DNA of 64,000 nucleotides, taken from Candidatus Omnitrophota bacterium. GTDB taxonomy: Bacteria; Omnitrophota; Gorgyraeia; JABMRG01; JAFGKX01. This document shows, piece by piece, positions 38,101-45,769 of the stretch (position 1 is its first letter; each line of letters starts with the position of its first letter). The translations under genes and the position numbers were made by a program. The notes below the pieces were generated by a model. That model was not told where the DNA came from. It did no database searches and worked only from the letters and a program-made list of their open reading frames with translations. The stretch covers positions 73,180 through 137,179 of the forward strand of contig JAZDPX010000013.1 in assembly GCA_043797125.1 (NCBI GenBank), written 5' to 3'.

Positions 38101-38416
38101 TTATTAATATACCTTTTTGTTTTAAATAGTCGAGCGTTTCTATTGTAGCGGGTGACTGCGCTATGGTCCGGTCTACACTAATGAACACTACCTTAATTTC
38201 TCCATTATTTATCCCGGGGATTATCTGCAGCGCGGGCTCGGCATATCCTGTTTCAAAAATCCTCTCGAATTGGATGTCGCCTGCGATTTCTAAATCTGCG
38301 GACATGCCCCTTAAGGTATCCGTTTGTATTGGCGCGGCCCAGGAAATGGAATTCGCTATTAATAATATAGATAATAATAGTGATAGTATCTTCATATAAT
38401 ATGGGTAAGCGGACAC
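35141..38416 (-). CDS. Large (1091 aa) exported hypothetical protein with an N-terminal HAD-like region and central SIS/phosphoglucose-isomerase-like motifs. Tentative.
   Basis: Signal MKILSLLLSILLIANSISWAAP. HAD-like IKVVFISVDRT...ILFGDMERDMEAAKAAGI. DVIVIGDGIGGQAA and VIAGSKSGTTDETMANF resemble PGI/SIS signatures. Confidence 0.4.
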   Translation of the reverse strand: MSAYPYYMKILSLLLSILLIANSISWAAPIQTDTLRGMSADLEIAGDIQFERIFETGYAEPALQIIPGINNGEIKVVFISVDRTIAQSPATIETLDYLKQKGILISVFTKGQQGLGNAIKGVLDVCRASPEQAILFGDMERDMEAAKAAGISGFGIASELNRKASLMEAGAEWAFPNFQPLLGMLKLDKGMGGRLEFYPGDNVDLPDVLDFLNSDLVKVTTKSFHTARRYDPRAGGYINQPYEKYISKKKKPRYGPPMHEAIDIIKEFNDQLMDGDSENYEGDVIVIGDGIGGQAACSYQAVGVRNPFPNRKMVPLDRLNVNYTKLIKEWLTMLRTSKAGTDKGKLEELEKIKEAVRIMVIAGSKSGTTDETMANFQLCVSALIETYFRYVYGDDKGTTKANGMIKKIYNGRSWFDDDNDIIGRMNKTEKRIFSIVLKRTIFVTGEGDLEKKTGSRFDILGKIFAKKYDAKTFPVKTVWMAGNHGGRFQGGSPNGYAYNVAMGFDVEKQLESGSEVAQFQLESGNDNPSKKLAALITLFNPRKLCIAAPSRVAYGRTQEGKSQIAPESLGKGKIAGYAVGFQAYCTTTQEMVHALKYVKDEPGSRVYFIMSDNYMTKADIEAEQAIIKEQTARGNLVIRYKLREQDELELDKLRQFFEDFVMWYGMFSTLNAMLNKADSLELTDEAKKQVEDYYKKVGFTAADIRKVKYDPKRHSFRRIVSSGKAKDPQIQKEEVYLRWVADTYLPYLQPDVEAYKDFLKGENGAAFTMYNSGSKKFGDDDLPVRDEKERNKMFEDDLKDVEKGPAFVKESIHLRDENNNYGPGQITKEQLNNLPKFKNSMTMTDEDKVKILKVVNELFSLFVEEAQYKAAARQSTEEYRDKSDKAYAKIQEAMDRLYDLTKDISDFDDSAKETVVLMHHARINGKSVNMCINDNVDSELELIERFTRHFGIMDKLTKFPKEGHISYQQSFGGADIGLEIIALAIKTLDTVKKTGGRKIAYDGCTSKYLHGLYSYEIARALANSCQKGFIKRKVEFAMLKTKDLANSENRQGLIEFLIYLSRVKLYYEEMAKQQNEIKDPVDVSEKISTAA

Positions 38417-38545
38417 AAACAGATTCCCTCTTGTTTTGAATTGGTTGAAGTTGATTAAATGTTTTTATATTATTTATAAATTATAACATAAAAACATTCC
38501 TTTGTCAACGCGATTTTAGATATTTTAAGACTATGGCAAGCTAGT

Positions 38546-39514
38546 TTAAACCGCTTCCATTGTTGATGGGGGCTTGGAAGCTATGTTATAGGTTACGCTT
38601 ACTACTCCCGGGACTTCCTTAAGTATCCTATCTGCTAAGCCGGTTAATGTGTTGAAGGCGAGCTTTGTAGGCGTTGCTTCCCTGGCATCGATGCTGTCCC
38701 AACATCTTATCTCGATCTGAAAGCCAAAATCCCTTTTGCCCGCGCGTATACCGGTAACTTTATCCTGATGCAGAATTGCCATATACTGGAAGGCTTCTGT
38801 TTGCGATAACTCCTCTTCAACTATGGATGTGGCTCTTCTAACCATGTCTATTTTCTCCCTGGTCGCCTCGCCGATAACCCTTGCTGAAAGCGCGGGCCCT
38901 GGAAACGGCATGCGGTTATACACAGCTTCGGGCAGGCCCAGAGCCTTTGCAACTTTTCTTACTCCGTCTTTGCGCAACTGTACAAGCGGCTCTATAATCT
39001 TATATCCGAACGCCTCCTGCGGATTTATGCCCAATTGCTCAAATACATTATGCTGCCTTTTAATTCCGGCGACAGTCTCATCTATGTCGGTCAATATGGT
39101 GCCTTGCAAAAGATAGGTTGCCTTGCTATCCCTGACGAGTTTTCCAAACACGTCCTTGTAAAAAGTCTGCGTGATTGCTTCCCTTTTTTCTTCCGGGTCT
39201 GTTATGCCTTTTAACGCGTCAAAAAATTTATCCTGGGCATTAATTATTTCAACGGTAACGTCTAATTTTTTAAATATTGACACTATTCTTTGCGGCTCGC
39301 CTTCTCTCATTATGCCGTTATCAACAAAATATGTTTTAAGCCTGTTGCCCAGAGCCTTATGCCCGAGCATCGTAACTGCGGAAGAATCAACGCCTCCTGA
39401 AAGCGCGTTGATAGCCAGGCCATCACCGACTAACTCTTTTATCTGCTGGGTCTTCTCCTTTATAAACTTGTCCGTATTTAATTGACTCTGTTTTATTTCC
39501 TTTATTGCCTCCAT
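38546..39514 (-). CDS. guaAB: GMP synthase, ATP-pyrophosphatase subunit B (two-subunit GuaA-B type).
   Basis: 322 aa. PP-loop LSGGVDSSAV. GMP-synthase C-terminal dimerisation region. No glutamine amidotransferase domain is fused, and none lies adjacent. Confidence 0.75.
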   Translation of the reverse strand: MEAIKEIKQSQLNTDKFIKEKTQQIKELVGDGLAINALSGGVDSSAVTMLGHKALGNRLKTYFVDNGIMREGEPQRIVSIFKKLDVTVEIINAQDKFFDALKGITDPEEKREAITQTFYKDVFGKLVRDSKATYLLQGTILTDIDETVAGIKRQHNVFEQLGINPQEAFGYKIIEPLVQLRKDGVRKVAKALGLPEAVYNRMPFPGPALSARVIGEATREKIDMVRRATSIVEEELSQTEAFQYMAILHQDKVTGIRAGKRDFGFQIEIRCWDSIDAREATPTKLAFNTLTGLADRILKEVPGVVSVTYNIASKPPSTMEAV

Positions 39515-39530
39515 CTTTACCTCCTTGTGG

Positions 39531-40844
39531 TTAGTACCTTATCGTTTTTCTTTCAACGCCGAGCATGGGCCTTATCCCGATTACGCTGAAAAACAGGTCA
39601 TTGCTTTTAACTTTATCGACACTCCTTACCTCCTTAAGCCTTTTCGGGATATAAACTGCTACTGCCACGCGAAGGATAGAAGATATTAAAAAAAGAGTCA
39701 GTATCTTATACCCAAAAAGCGGCGGCAGCCACGATACTAAAAAACCTCCTAAAAGCGCCCCGCAGCATAGCGCCAGGCCGTTAAGGACATTGAAATAGGC
39801 GATACAGCGCGTTCTTTTCTCAGGGCTCACCGCGTCATAAATAAAATTTGACGTGCACAGGTTAAACCCTGCCCACATAAATCCGGAGAATATCTGCGCA
39901 AGTATTAAGAAGCCCGGGTGATGATTAAAAATCCAAAAAAGCGGTATTATCCCGATTAGCGGCGAAGTTATTTTTATAATTTTTAAATTGCCCACCTTAT
40001 CCGCGTGAGCGCCCCATCTTTGCATCATGATAAAGATTGTAAGCGTCGCCGCAATTGTAATAAACGTATAAAGAAGGTAGCTAAAACGCAAATCCCTTAA
40101 CATGAAAACCGAAAAAAACGGCGATGCCAGGTTAACGGAAAAGCTCATTGCGGACACGAATAATACAAATTTCGCAAAATTGCTCTCTCTGATGCGCGAA
40201 ATAAAATCGACAAAATTAAACGTGTCTTCTTTTTTGTATATAAGCAGCGGTTCGTGCATTTTCCTTAAAAAATACCACGAGATTATCCTGAACGCAAATG
40301 CCGTAAAAAAAATAATCGCAAATCCCCAATATACGTTGAACCTTTTTGCGGTATTAAGTATAAGGCCCGCAAAAAAGGCTGCGCCGACCACTATAAACCC
40401 GAGGACCTTATTTCTGTAGCCAAAATACGCCCCTCTTTCTTTATCCGGTATAAAATCTGACATCAGGCTGCCCCACGCCGGGTTGGCAAGCGCGCCGAAA
40501 GACGTAAACAAGACTATTAATCCTATAAAATAATACGGGTTAGTTATGCGCAAAAGTGCCGCAGCCCCTATCGGCAAAAGCATAAACGCCTGAAGCAGCA
40601 CAAGCGCGTTTATGACCTTTTTTCTTGAATTAAACTTCTGCGCTATATCCGCGCTTTTAAGCTGGCTTAAGGACGCGAACAAATTGGGCAAAGCGCTAAG
40701 CATGCCGACGTGCTTTGCCGTGGCTCCCAGCAATAACAAAAACGGCGTAAAATAATCCTGCGTAAAACCAATCATAGAGCTGGCAAAGGCACCGTCTAAC
40801 ATTGAAAACTTAAAATTTTCTTTTGTCTTTTTCGCGTCCAGCAT
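39531..40844 (-). CDS. MFS transporter.
   Basis: 437 aa, 12 predicted TM segments, typical MFS loop charges. Confidence 0.7.
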   Translation of the reverse strand: MLDAKKTKENFKFSMLDGAFASSMIGFTQDYFTPFLLLLGATAKHVGMLSALPNLFASLSQLKSADIAQKFNSRKKVINALVLLQAFMLLPIGAAALLRITNPYYFIGLIVLFTSFGALANPAWGSLMSDFIPDKERGAYFGYRNKVLGFIVVGAAFFAGLILNTAKRFNVYWGFAIIFFTAFAFRIISWYFLRKMHEPLLIYKKEDTFNFVDFISRIRESNFAKFVLFVSAMSFSVNLASPFFSVFMLRDLRFSYLLYTFITIAATLTIFIMMQRWGAHADKVGNLKIIKITSPLIGIIPLFWIFNHHPGFLILAQIFSGFMWAGFNLCTSNFIYDAVSPEKRTRCIAYFNVLNGLALCCGALLGGFLVSWLPPLFGYKILTLFLISSILRVAVAVYIPKRLKEVRSVDKVKSNDLFFSVIGIRPMLGVERKTIRY

Positions 40845-40864
40845 AAAAATCTATTTCCTTTTGT

Positions 40865-42049
40865 TTACCCTGAGCGGACCCGGAGAAAATAACCCTTTAA
40901 ATACTCTGTTTCCTGTATTCCCTTAACAATGGGGTGGTCTTGGGCCTGATGGCATGTATTTAAAACTTCAAAACTTTTTTTTGCTGATTTTGCCGCGCTT
41001 TTCAATATATCGGAAAACATATCCTGCCTCATGTGATGGGAACAGGAGAACGTGCATAAAATGCCGTCTTGGGATAAAATTTTCATGGCTTGAAAGTTTA
41101 AAAACTCATAGCCTTTGGCCGCGCTTTTTATTGATTCTCTGGATTTTAAAAATGACGGCGGGTCCAGTATTACGACATCCGCGTATTCCCCGGAGCTTAC
41201 CATGTTTTCTAAAAAAGTAAAAGAATCGGATTTAATGAATTTTATTTTTTGAGAAACTCCGTTTAATTGGGCGTTTCTGGCGCTTAAGTCAAGCCACTGC
41301 TGTTTGATATCAACGGCGTATACATCTTTTGCGCCGGAAATGGCGGCGTTTATGGAGAACCCTCCTGTATAACAAAAAATGTCGAGCACCTTTTTCCCGG
41401 GAGAGATTGCCCTTGAAAGGTATCTTGATTTTCTCTGGTCCAGATAAAATCCGGTCTTGTGCCCGTTTTCTATATCTACATAAAATTTTACTTCGTTTTC
41501 AAAAATTTCTATTACGCTTGGCCCTTCTTTGCCGTGCCACCTCTTTATTGGCAGCAGCCCTTCAAGCTCTCGTATGTTGGAATCGCTTCTTTCATAGATA
41601 TATTTCGGGTTCAGCGCTTCGCTGATGCTCTTTGTAAGTGTATCTTTAAGCCTCTCCATGCCAAGCGTAAGCACAGAAAACACAGCTGTATCAGAATATA
41701 CATCCACAATAAGCCCCGGCAGACAATCGGATTCGCTGAAAACCGCCCTGAAGGCATTGGTCTGGCTTAACAGATGCCTTCTTTTTTCAAAAGACTCTTT
41801 GATTCTTCTTGTAAAAAATGCATGGTCTATCTTTTCATCGCTGAATGTCAAAAGCCTCACGGCAATCTGGGATTCAGGATTATAATAGCCGTTGCCGACA
41901 AATTTACCGTCCGGGCCTATTACTGAAACCAGAGCGCCGGGTGAGGCGGATGAACGGGCCGCGGAAATCCAGCTTTTATATATCCACGGATGGCTAGGCC
42001 TTAAGCTTACTTTTTTGCTTTTTCGAAGTTTTATGGTCCTTGTTTCCAT
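40865..42049 (-). CDS. rlmI: Class I SAM-dependent rRNA methyltransferase, RlmI/RlmK-like (PUA plus MTase). The ORF track extends to 42073; the likely start is METRTIKL at 42049.
   Basis: PUA-like N-terminus LRKSKKVSLRPSHPWIYKSWI. SAM motif VLDIFCYTGGFSINAA. DVVILDPPSF. Confidence 0.75.
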   Translation of the reverse strand: METRTIKLRKSKKVSLRPSHPWIYKSWISAARSSASPGALVSVIGPDGKFVGNGYYNPESQIAVRLLTFSDEKIDHAFFTRRIKESFEKRRHLLSQTNAFRAVFSESDCLPGLIVDVYSDTAVFSVLTLGMERLKDTLTKSISEALNPKYIYERSDSNIRELEGLLPIKRWHGKEGPSVIEIFENEVKFYVDIENGHKTGFYLDQRKSRYLSRAISPGKKVLDIFCYTGGFSINAAISGAKDVYAVDIKQQWLDLSARNAQLNGVSQKIKFIKSDSFTFLENMVSSGEYADVVILDPPSFLKSRESIKSAAKGYEFLNFQAMKILSQDGILCTFSCSHHMRQDMFSDILKSAAKSAKKSFEVLNTCHQAQDHPIVKGIQETEYLKGYFLRVRSG

Positions 42050-42052
42050 AAT

Positions 42053-42081
42053 TAAAAACCCCAAGCAAAGCATGCCTGGGG
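42053..42081 (-). terminator. Rho-independent terminator after the PG-binding lipoprotein gene. Core similar to the 4306-4334 terminator.
   Basis: Minus strand: ccccaggcaugcuuugcuugggg hairpin followed by uuuuu. Confidence 0.5.
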
Positions 42082-42109
42082 TTTTCTATGCCGATAAGCT
42101 AATCTTAAA

Positions 42110-42523
42110 TTAATTTGTTTCTTCTATTGTTAAATAAGCCGCAAGCAGGCTTTTTGTCTTTGCGCCGGCTACGCCATCGACTTTTAAACCTTTTGATTCC
42201 TGAAAAGCCTTGATTGCCTTAGTAGTCTCAGGGCCGATTGTGCCGTCTATTGAGCCGCTGTAGAAGCCTGCGTTCTTTAAAGCAGTCTGAATGTCTTGAT
42301 TTGTCATAGAAGCTTCAACTGCGCTAACAGCTACTTCCTTCTTCTGTGTCATAAGTTCATTATAATTGCTTTCAATAACAACCTGCTTCTGCTCCAATAA
42401 ATCAACTCTTTCTCTTAAGCTGCCTAATTCGCTTTCCAAGCCCCTGATCTTCTCGTCGGAAGCCACGGTGCAGCCTGAAACCAATAGGCTCATAAAAACA
42501 AGTGCTAAAAATACCTTTTTCAT
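42110..42523 (-). CDS. Lipoprotein with coiled-coil and a peptidoglycan-binding (PG_binding_1-like) domain.
   Basis: 137 aa. Lipobox LLVSGC. Coiled coil LGSLRERVDLLEQKQ. GFYSGSIDGTIGPETTKAIKAFQESKGLKVDGVAG. Confidence 0.65.
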   Translation of the reverse strand: MKKVFLALVFMSLLVSGCTVASDEKIRGLESELGSLRERVDLLEQKQVVIESNYNELMTQKKEVAVSAVEASMTNQDIQTALKNAGFYSGSIDGTIGPETTKAIKAFQESKGLKVDGVAGAKTKSLLAAYLTIEETN

Positions 42524-42607
42524 AAGCGCCTTCCTCCTTTTCTATGAGATTTATACAAACGTTAAGGTTATCCGGTGATATAACATATGAGATTGCTGAA
42601 ATATTGC

Positions 42608-42665
42608 TTGTAGGGGTTCGATTTATCGAACCCTTTTATAGGGGCGCCATAAATGGCGCCCCTAC
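42608..42665. promoter_or_regulatory. Nested perfect palindromes in the divergent intergenic region upstream of the only plus-strand gene.
   Basis: tgtagggGTTCGATttATCGAACccttttataGGGGCGCCATaaATGGCGCCCCtaca: two perfect hairpins, 9-bp and 10-bp stems, nested in an outer tgtagggg/cccctaca inverted repeat. Confidence 0.5.
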
Positions 42666-42814
42666 ATAAAGTGGCAAGCATTGGCAAATATGCGTATTAT
42701 TGTAATGAGAATAGCCCTAATTGTCAATTTAAAAATGCAGAATGGGTAGAAATGGGCCGAACGGGTTTTTCTCTTGCCCCAACGCATTGTGTTTGTTAAG
42801 ATTGTACTATAGAT

Positions 42815-44548
42815 ATGGAATCTACGCCTTTTAAAAAGCGCTCTATGCGATCCTTCAGCCCTTCGGGCTTCAGGATGAGCCCCTCGAGCAGAAAAACTCT
42901 CCGAGGGCTCATTTTAATAATAATCCTGGGGTGTATTGTCTATTTCAATTCGCTAAACGGCGCATTCCTATGCGACGATAATAACTTAATAGAAGATAAT
43001 CCAAATATAAAAAGCTGGTCCAACATAAAGAAAATCTTCACCCAGGATATAGGGCAAAATATAGGCGTGGCTGCGGGCGGAGAATATAATTTTTACCGGC
43101 CCCTGCAGATGCTCACATATATGGCGGACTATTTCTTGTGGGGCCAAAACCCAACCGGCTACCACATTACAAACAGCATATTGCACATCTTGGCAGCGCT
43201 GTCTCTTTACTGGCTGATAGGTATTCTTTTCAGCGATTGGCTTATCTCTCTTTTTTGCGCTCTTTTTTACGTAATTCATCCCGTGCACACAGAAGCTGTA
43301 TCGTATATTTCAGGCAGGGCAGACCCTCTGGCTTTATTGTTTATCCTGCTTTGTTTGGCCTTTTATATAAAATCTGCTTCCCCGGGAAAAAACCCGATAC
43401 TTTTTTTATCTGCATGCTTAAGTTTCATATTAGCGCTTTTGTCAAAAGAAAGCGCGTTAATCCTGCCGGCGTTATTACTGCTTTATCATTATGCCTTTAG
43501 AAAAAAAATAATGCTAAAGCGTTTTTTGCCGATCCTGATTATTGCATTAGCCTATATTATTCTTCGCGCAACGGTTTTGGCTTTTACGCTGCCGGATTTA
43601 TCGACACACCAACCATTTTTAAAAAGAATACCGTCTTTTTTTGCGGCTGTTGTCGAGTATCTAAGGCTTTTGTTTCTGCCTCTAAACCTGCACATGGAAT
43701 ACGGCAACGGCAATTTCAGTTTTTATGACCTTAAGGTAATCGCGGGAATTATTGTAACGCTGGCGGGGCTTGCCTGCATTTTACTAACGAGGAAACGCAA
43801 CGGGCTTGTCTTTTTCTCTCTAAGCTGGTTCCTTTTAATGCTTTTGCCTGTTTCAGGCATATATCCCATTAACGCATATATGGCAGAACACTGGTTATAC
43901 TTGCCGTCGGTGGGATTTTTTCTTATTCTGGCGAAATATTTAGCTTTGGCATACAAAAGAAAGGTTTTTAAAACGCTAAGCCTTGTTATTATTATAATCG
44001 CGGTGGCATTTTATTCATATTTAACCATAAGACAAAACAATTACTGGAAAGGCCCCGTAGGCTTCTACGAAAAAACTCTTGAATATGCTCCGGATAATAT
44101 TAGGGTGCTTTGCAACCTTGGCAATGAATACTGGAAAATGGGTAAGGCCAAAGAAGCCGTGCCTCTTCTTAAAAAGGCGATAGAGATAAATCCGGCTTAC
44201 GCAGAGCCGTATAATAATCTTGGCAGCGTATATGTTGATTTGGGTAGAAATGAGGAGGCCATACCCGTACTCAAGAAAGCGATAGAGATAAATCCGGGTT
44301 ATTTAACGCCGTATATCAACCTAGCCGTCGCATATTTTAATATAGGAGACAATGAAAAAGGGTTTGAACTACTAAATAAGGCTTTGGAGATAAATCCAAA
44401 CTCAGCAAACACGCATTTTACCCTGGCTGTAGCGTATTTTAAACAAAACAATTACGCATTATCGATAAAACACTGCGATATGGCAATTAAGCTTGGATAT
44501 AAAGTTGACCCTAAACTTTTGAGGGCCCTTGAACCTTTTCGCCGTTAA
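42815..44548 (+). CDS. TMTC-like protein: N-terminal polytopic GT-C/PMT-like domain plus C-terminal TPR repeats (putative protein O-mannosyltransferase).
   Basis: 577 aa. First loop FLCDDNNLIEDNP (DD motif). About 10 TM segments. Four or five C-terminal TPR units (AEPYNNLGSVYVDLGRNEEAIPVLKKAIEINP repeated). Confidence 0.6.
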   Translation: MESTPFKKRSMRSFSPSGFRMSPSSRKTLRGLILIIILGCIVYFNSLNGAFLCDDNNLIEDNPNIKSWSNIKKIFTQDIGQNIGVAAGGEYNFYRPLQMLTYMADYFLWGQNPTGYHITNSILHILAALSLYWLIGILFSDWLISLFCALFYVIHPVHTEAVSYISGRADPLALLFILLCLAFYIKSASPGKNPILFLSACLSFILALLSKESALILPALLLLYHYAFRKKIMLKRFLPILIIALAYIILRATVLAFTLPDLSTHQPFLKRIPSFFAAVVEYLRLLFLPLNLHMEYGNGNFSFYDLKVIAGIIVTLAGLACILLTRKRNGLVFFSLSWFLLMLLPVSGIYPINAYMAEHWLYLPSVGFFLILAKYLALAYKRKVFKTLSLVIIIIAVAFYSYLTIRQNNYWKGPVGFYEKTLEYAPDNIRVLCNLGNEYWKMGKAKEAVPLLKKAIEINPAYAEPYNNLGSVYVDLGRNEEAIPVLKKAIEINPGYLTPYINLAVAYFNIGDNEKGFELLNKALEINPNSANTHFTLAVAYFKQNNYALSIKHCDMAIKLGYKVDPKLLRALEPFRR

Positions 44549-45756
44549 ATGTAATTCAGGTGGACAAGTTTTGCTGGAGGGAATCCGTTAAAGTAGGTGG
44601 ACGACGCCACTGAATAAGCGCCGATGTTTTCTGCATACACTAAATCGTCGAGTTCCAGCTCGGGGAGTTCTGCTGCGAGCGTTATGGTATCCAGGGCGTC
44701 GCATGTAGGCCCGAAGACAGCTGAAATTTGCGGCTCGCCTTCTTTAAACGCCTTTACAGGATACTCGCAATGATCAAAGATTTGCCCTGAGAACGTGTGA
44801 TAAATGCCGTCGTTTATGTAGTAGCAATTTTTCCCGTTTCTGATTGCCTTGCCTACGACTTTTGCCACTAACGTGCATGCATTGGCAACCATAAACCTGC
44901 CTGGCTCCGCAAGTATCTCCATATCCTGAGGGAACAGTCTTTTTATTTCCTCGTTTAATTTCCTAGCAAGCGTCTTAAATGATTTCACCCTGGGATTATA
45001 TTTAACGGGAAAGCCGCCGCCTATGTCGAGGATTTTAATCTGTTTATTGCACCTGGTTTCCGTCTCTTTTATTATATTTGCCGAAAGGTTGAGCGCCTGA
45101 ATATAATTCTCGAAATTAGTGCACTGGCTGCCGACATGAAAGCTTATCCCCTCTACAACCAGCCCGGTATTAAATGCCTCTTCTATTAAATCAACCGCTT
45201 CCCCGGGATCCGCGCCGAACTTCGACGAAAGCTCAACCATGGAGCCTGTGTTCGGGACGCGTATGCGTAGACAAAGTCCCGCGTTGGGGGCGTGCTGTTT
45301 TATTTTTCCTAGTTCTGTAATATTGTCAAAGGTAACAAGCGGCTTATACTTATCAAGGGCCTTTAAAGTCTCAACCGGTTTAATGGTGTTTGCATAAATT
45401 ATTTTATCCCATATCCAGTCTTGTCTTTCCTTTTCCGGAAGATTCTTGATGTATTGATAAACAATCATAAACTCGGGCATTGACGCGACATCAAAGCTTG
45501 ACCCCATATCATATAAGGTCTTTACGATCTCAGGGTTTGAGTTTGCCTTTACAGCAAAATAGGCCTGCACGTCGGGGAGGTGTTCCTTAAATTCAGCGTA
45601 GTTGGCCCGTATCTTATCGTGGTCTATTATAAAAATAGGGGTTCCGTGTTCTTTCGCGAGCTCGAGAAAGAGTTTTTTTCTTTCTTCATCCATGCCTTTT
45701 AAACCGTTGATTTGAGATTTTTTAGGTTCTTTTATACCGTCTTTTATCATGGCCAT
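44545..45756 (-). CDS. PLP-dependent Orn/Lys/Arg/DAP decarboxylase (fold-type III), probable ornithine decarboxylase supplying putrescine. The ORF track extends to 45831; the likely start is MAMIKDG at 45756.
   Basis: YFAVKANSNPEIVKTL (the YAVKAN PLP-lysine motif), GGGFPV, C-terminal EPGR. Confidence 0.75.
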   Translation of the reverse strand: MAMIKDGIKEPKKSQINGLKGMDEERKKLFLELAKEHGTPIFIIDHDKIRANYAEFKEHLPDVQAYFAVKANSNPEIVKTLYDMGSSFDVASMPEFMIVYQYIKNLPEKERQDWIWDKIIYANTIKPVETLKALDKYKPLVTFDNITELGKIKQHAPNAGLCLRIRVPNTGSMVELSSKFGADPGEAVDLIEEAFNTGLVVEGISFHVGSQCTNFENYIQALNLSANIIKETETRCNKQIKILDIGGGFPVKYNPRVKSFKTLARKLNEEIKRLFPQDMEILAEPGRFMVANACTLVAKVVGKAIRNGKNCYYINDGIYHTFSGQIFDHCEYPVKAFKEGEPQISAVFGPTCDALDTITLAAELPELELDDLVYAENIGAYSVASSTYFNGFPPAKLVHLNYI

Positions 45757-45769
45757 ATTTTTATGGATT

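Noticed and set aside
42524-42814. tRNA or other ncRNA gene in the largest intergenic gap
   Set aside because: No cloverleaf-compatible sequence (no GTTC-type T-arm with a matching acceptor stem). The gap is explained by palindromic regulatory structure and an AT-rich promoter.
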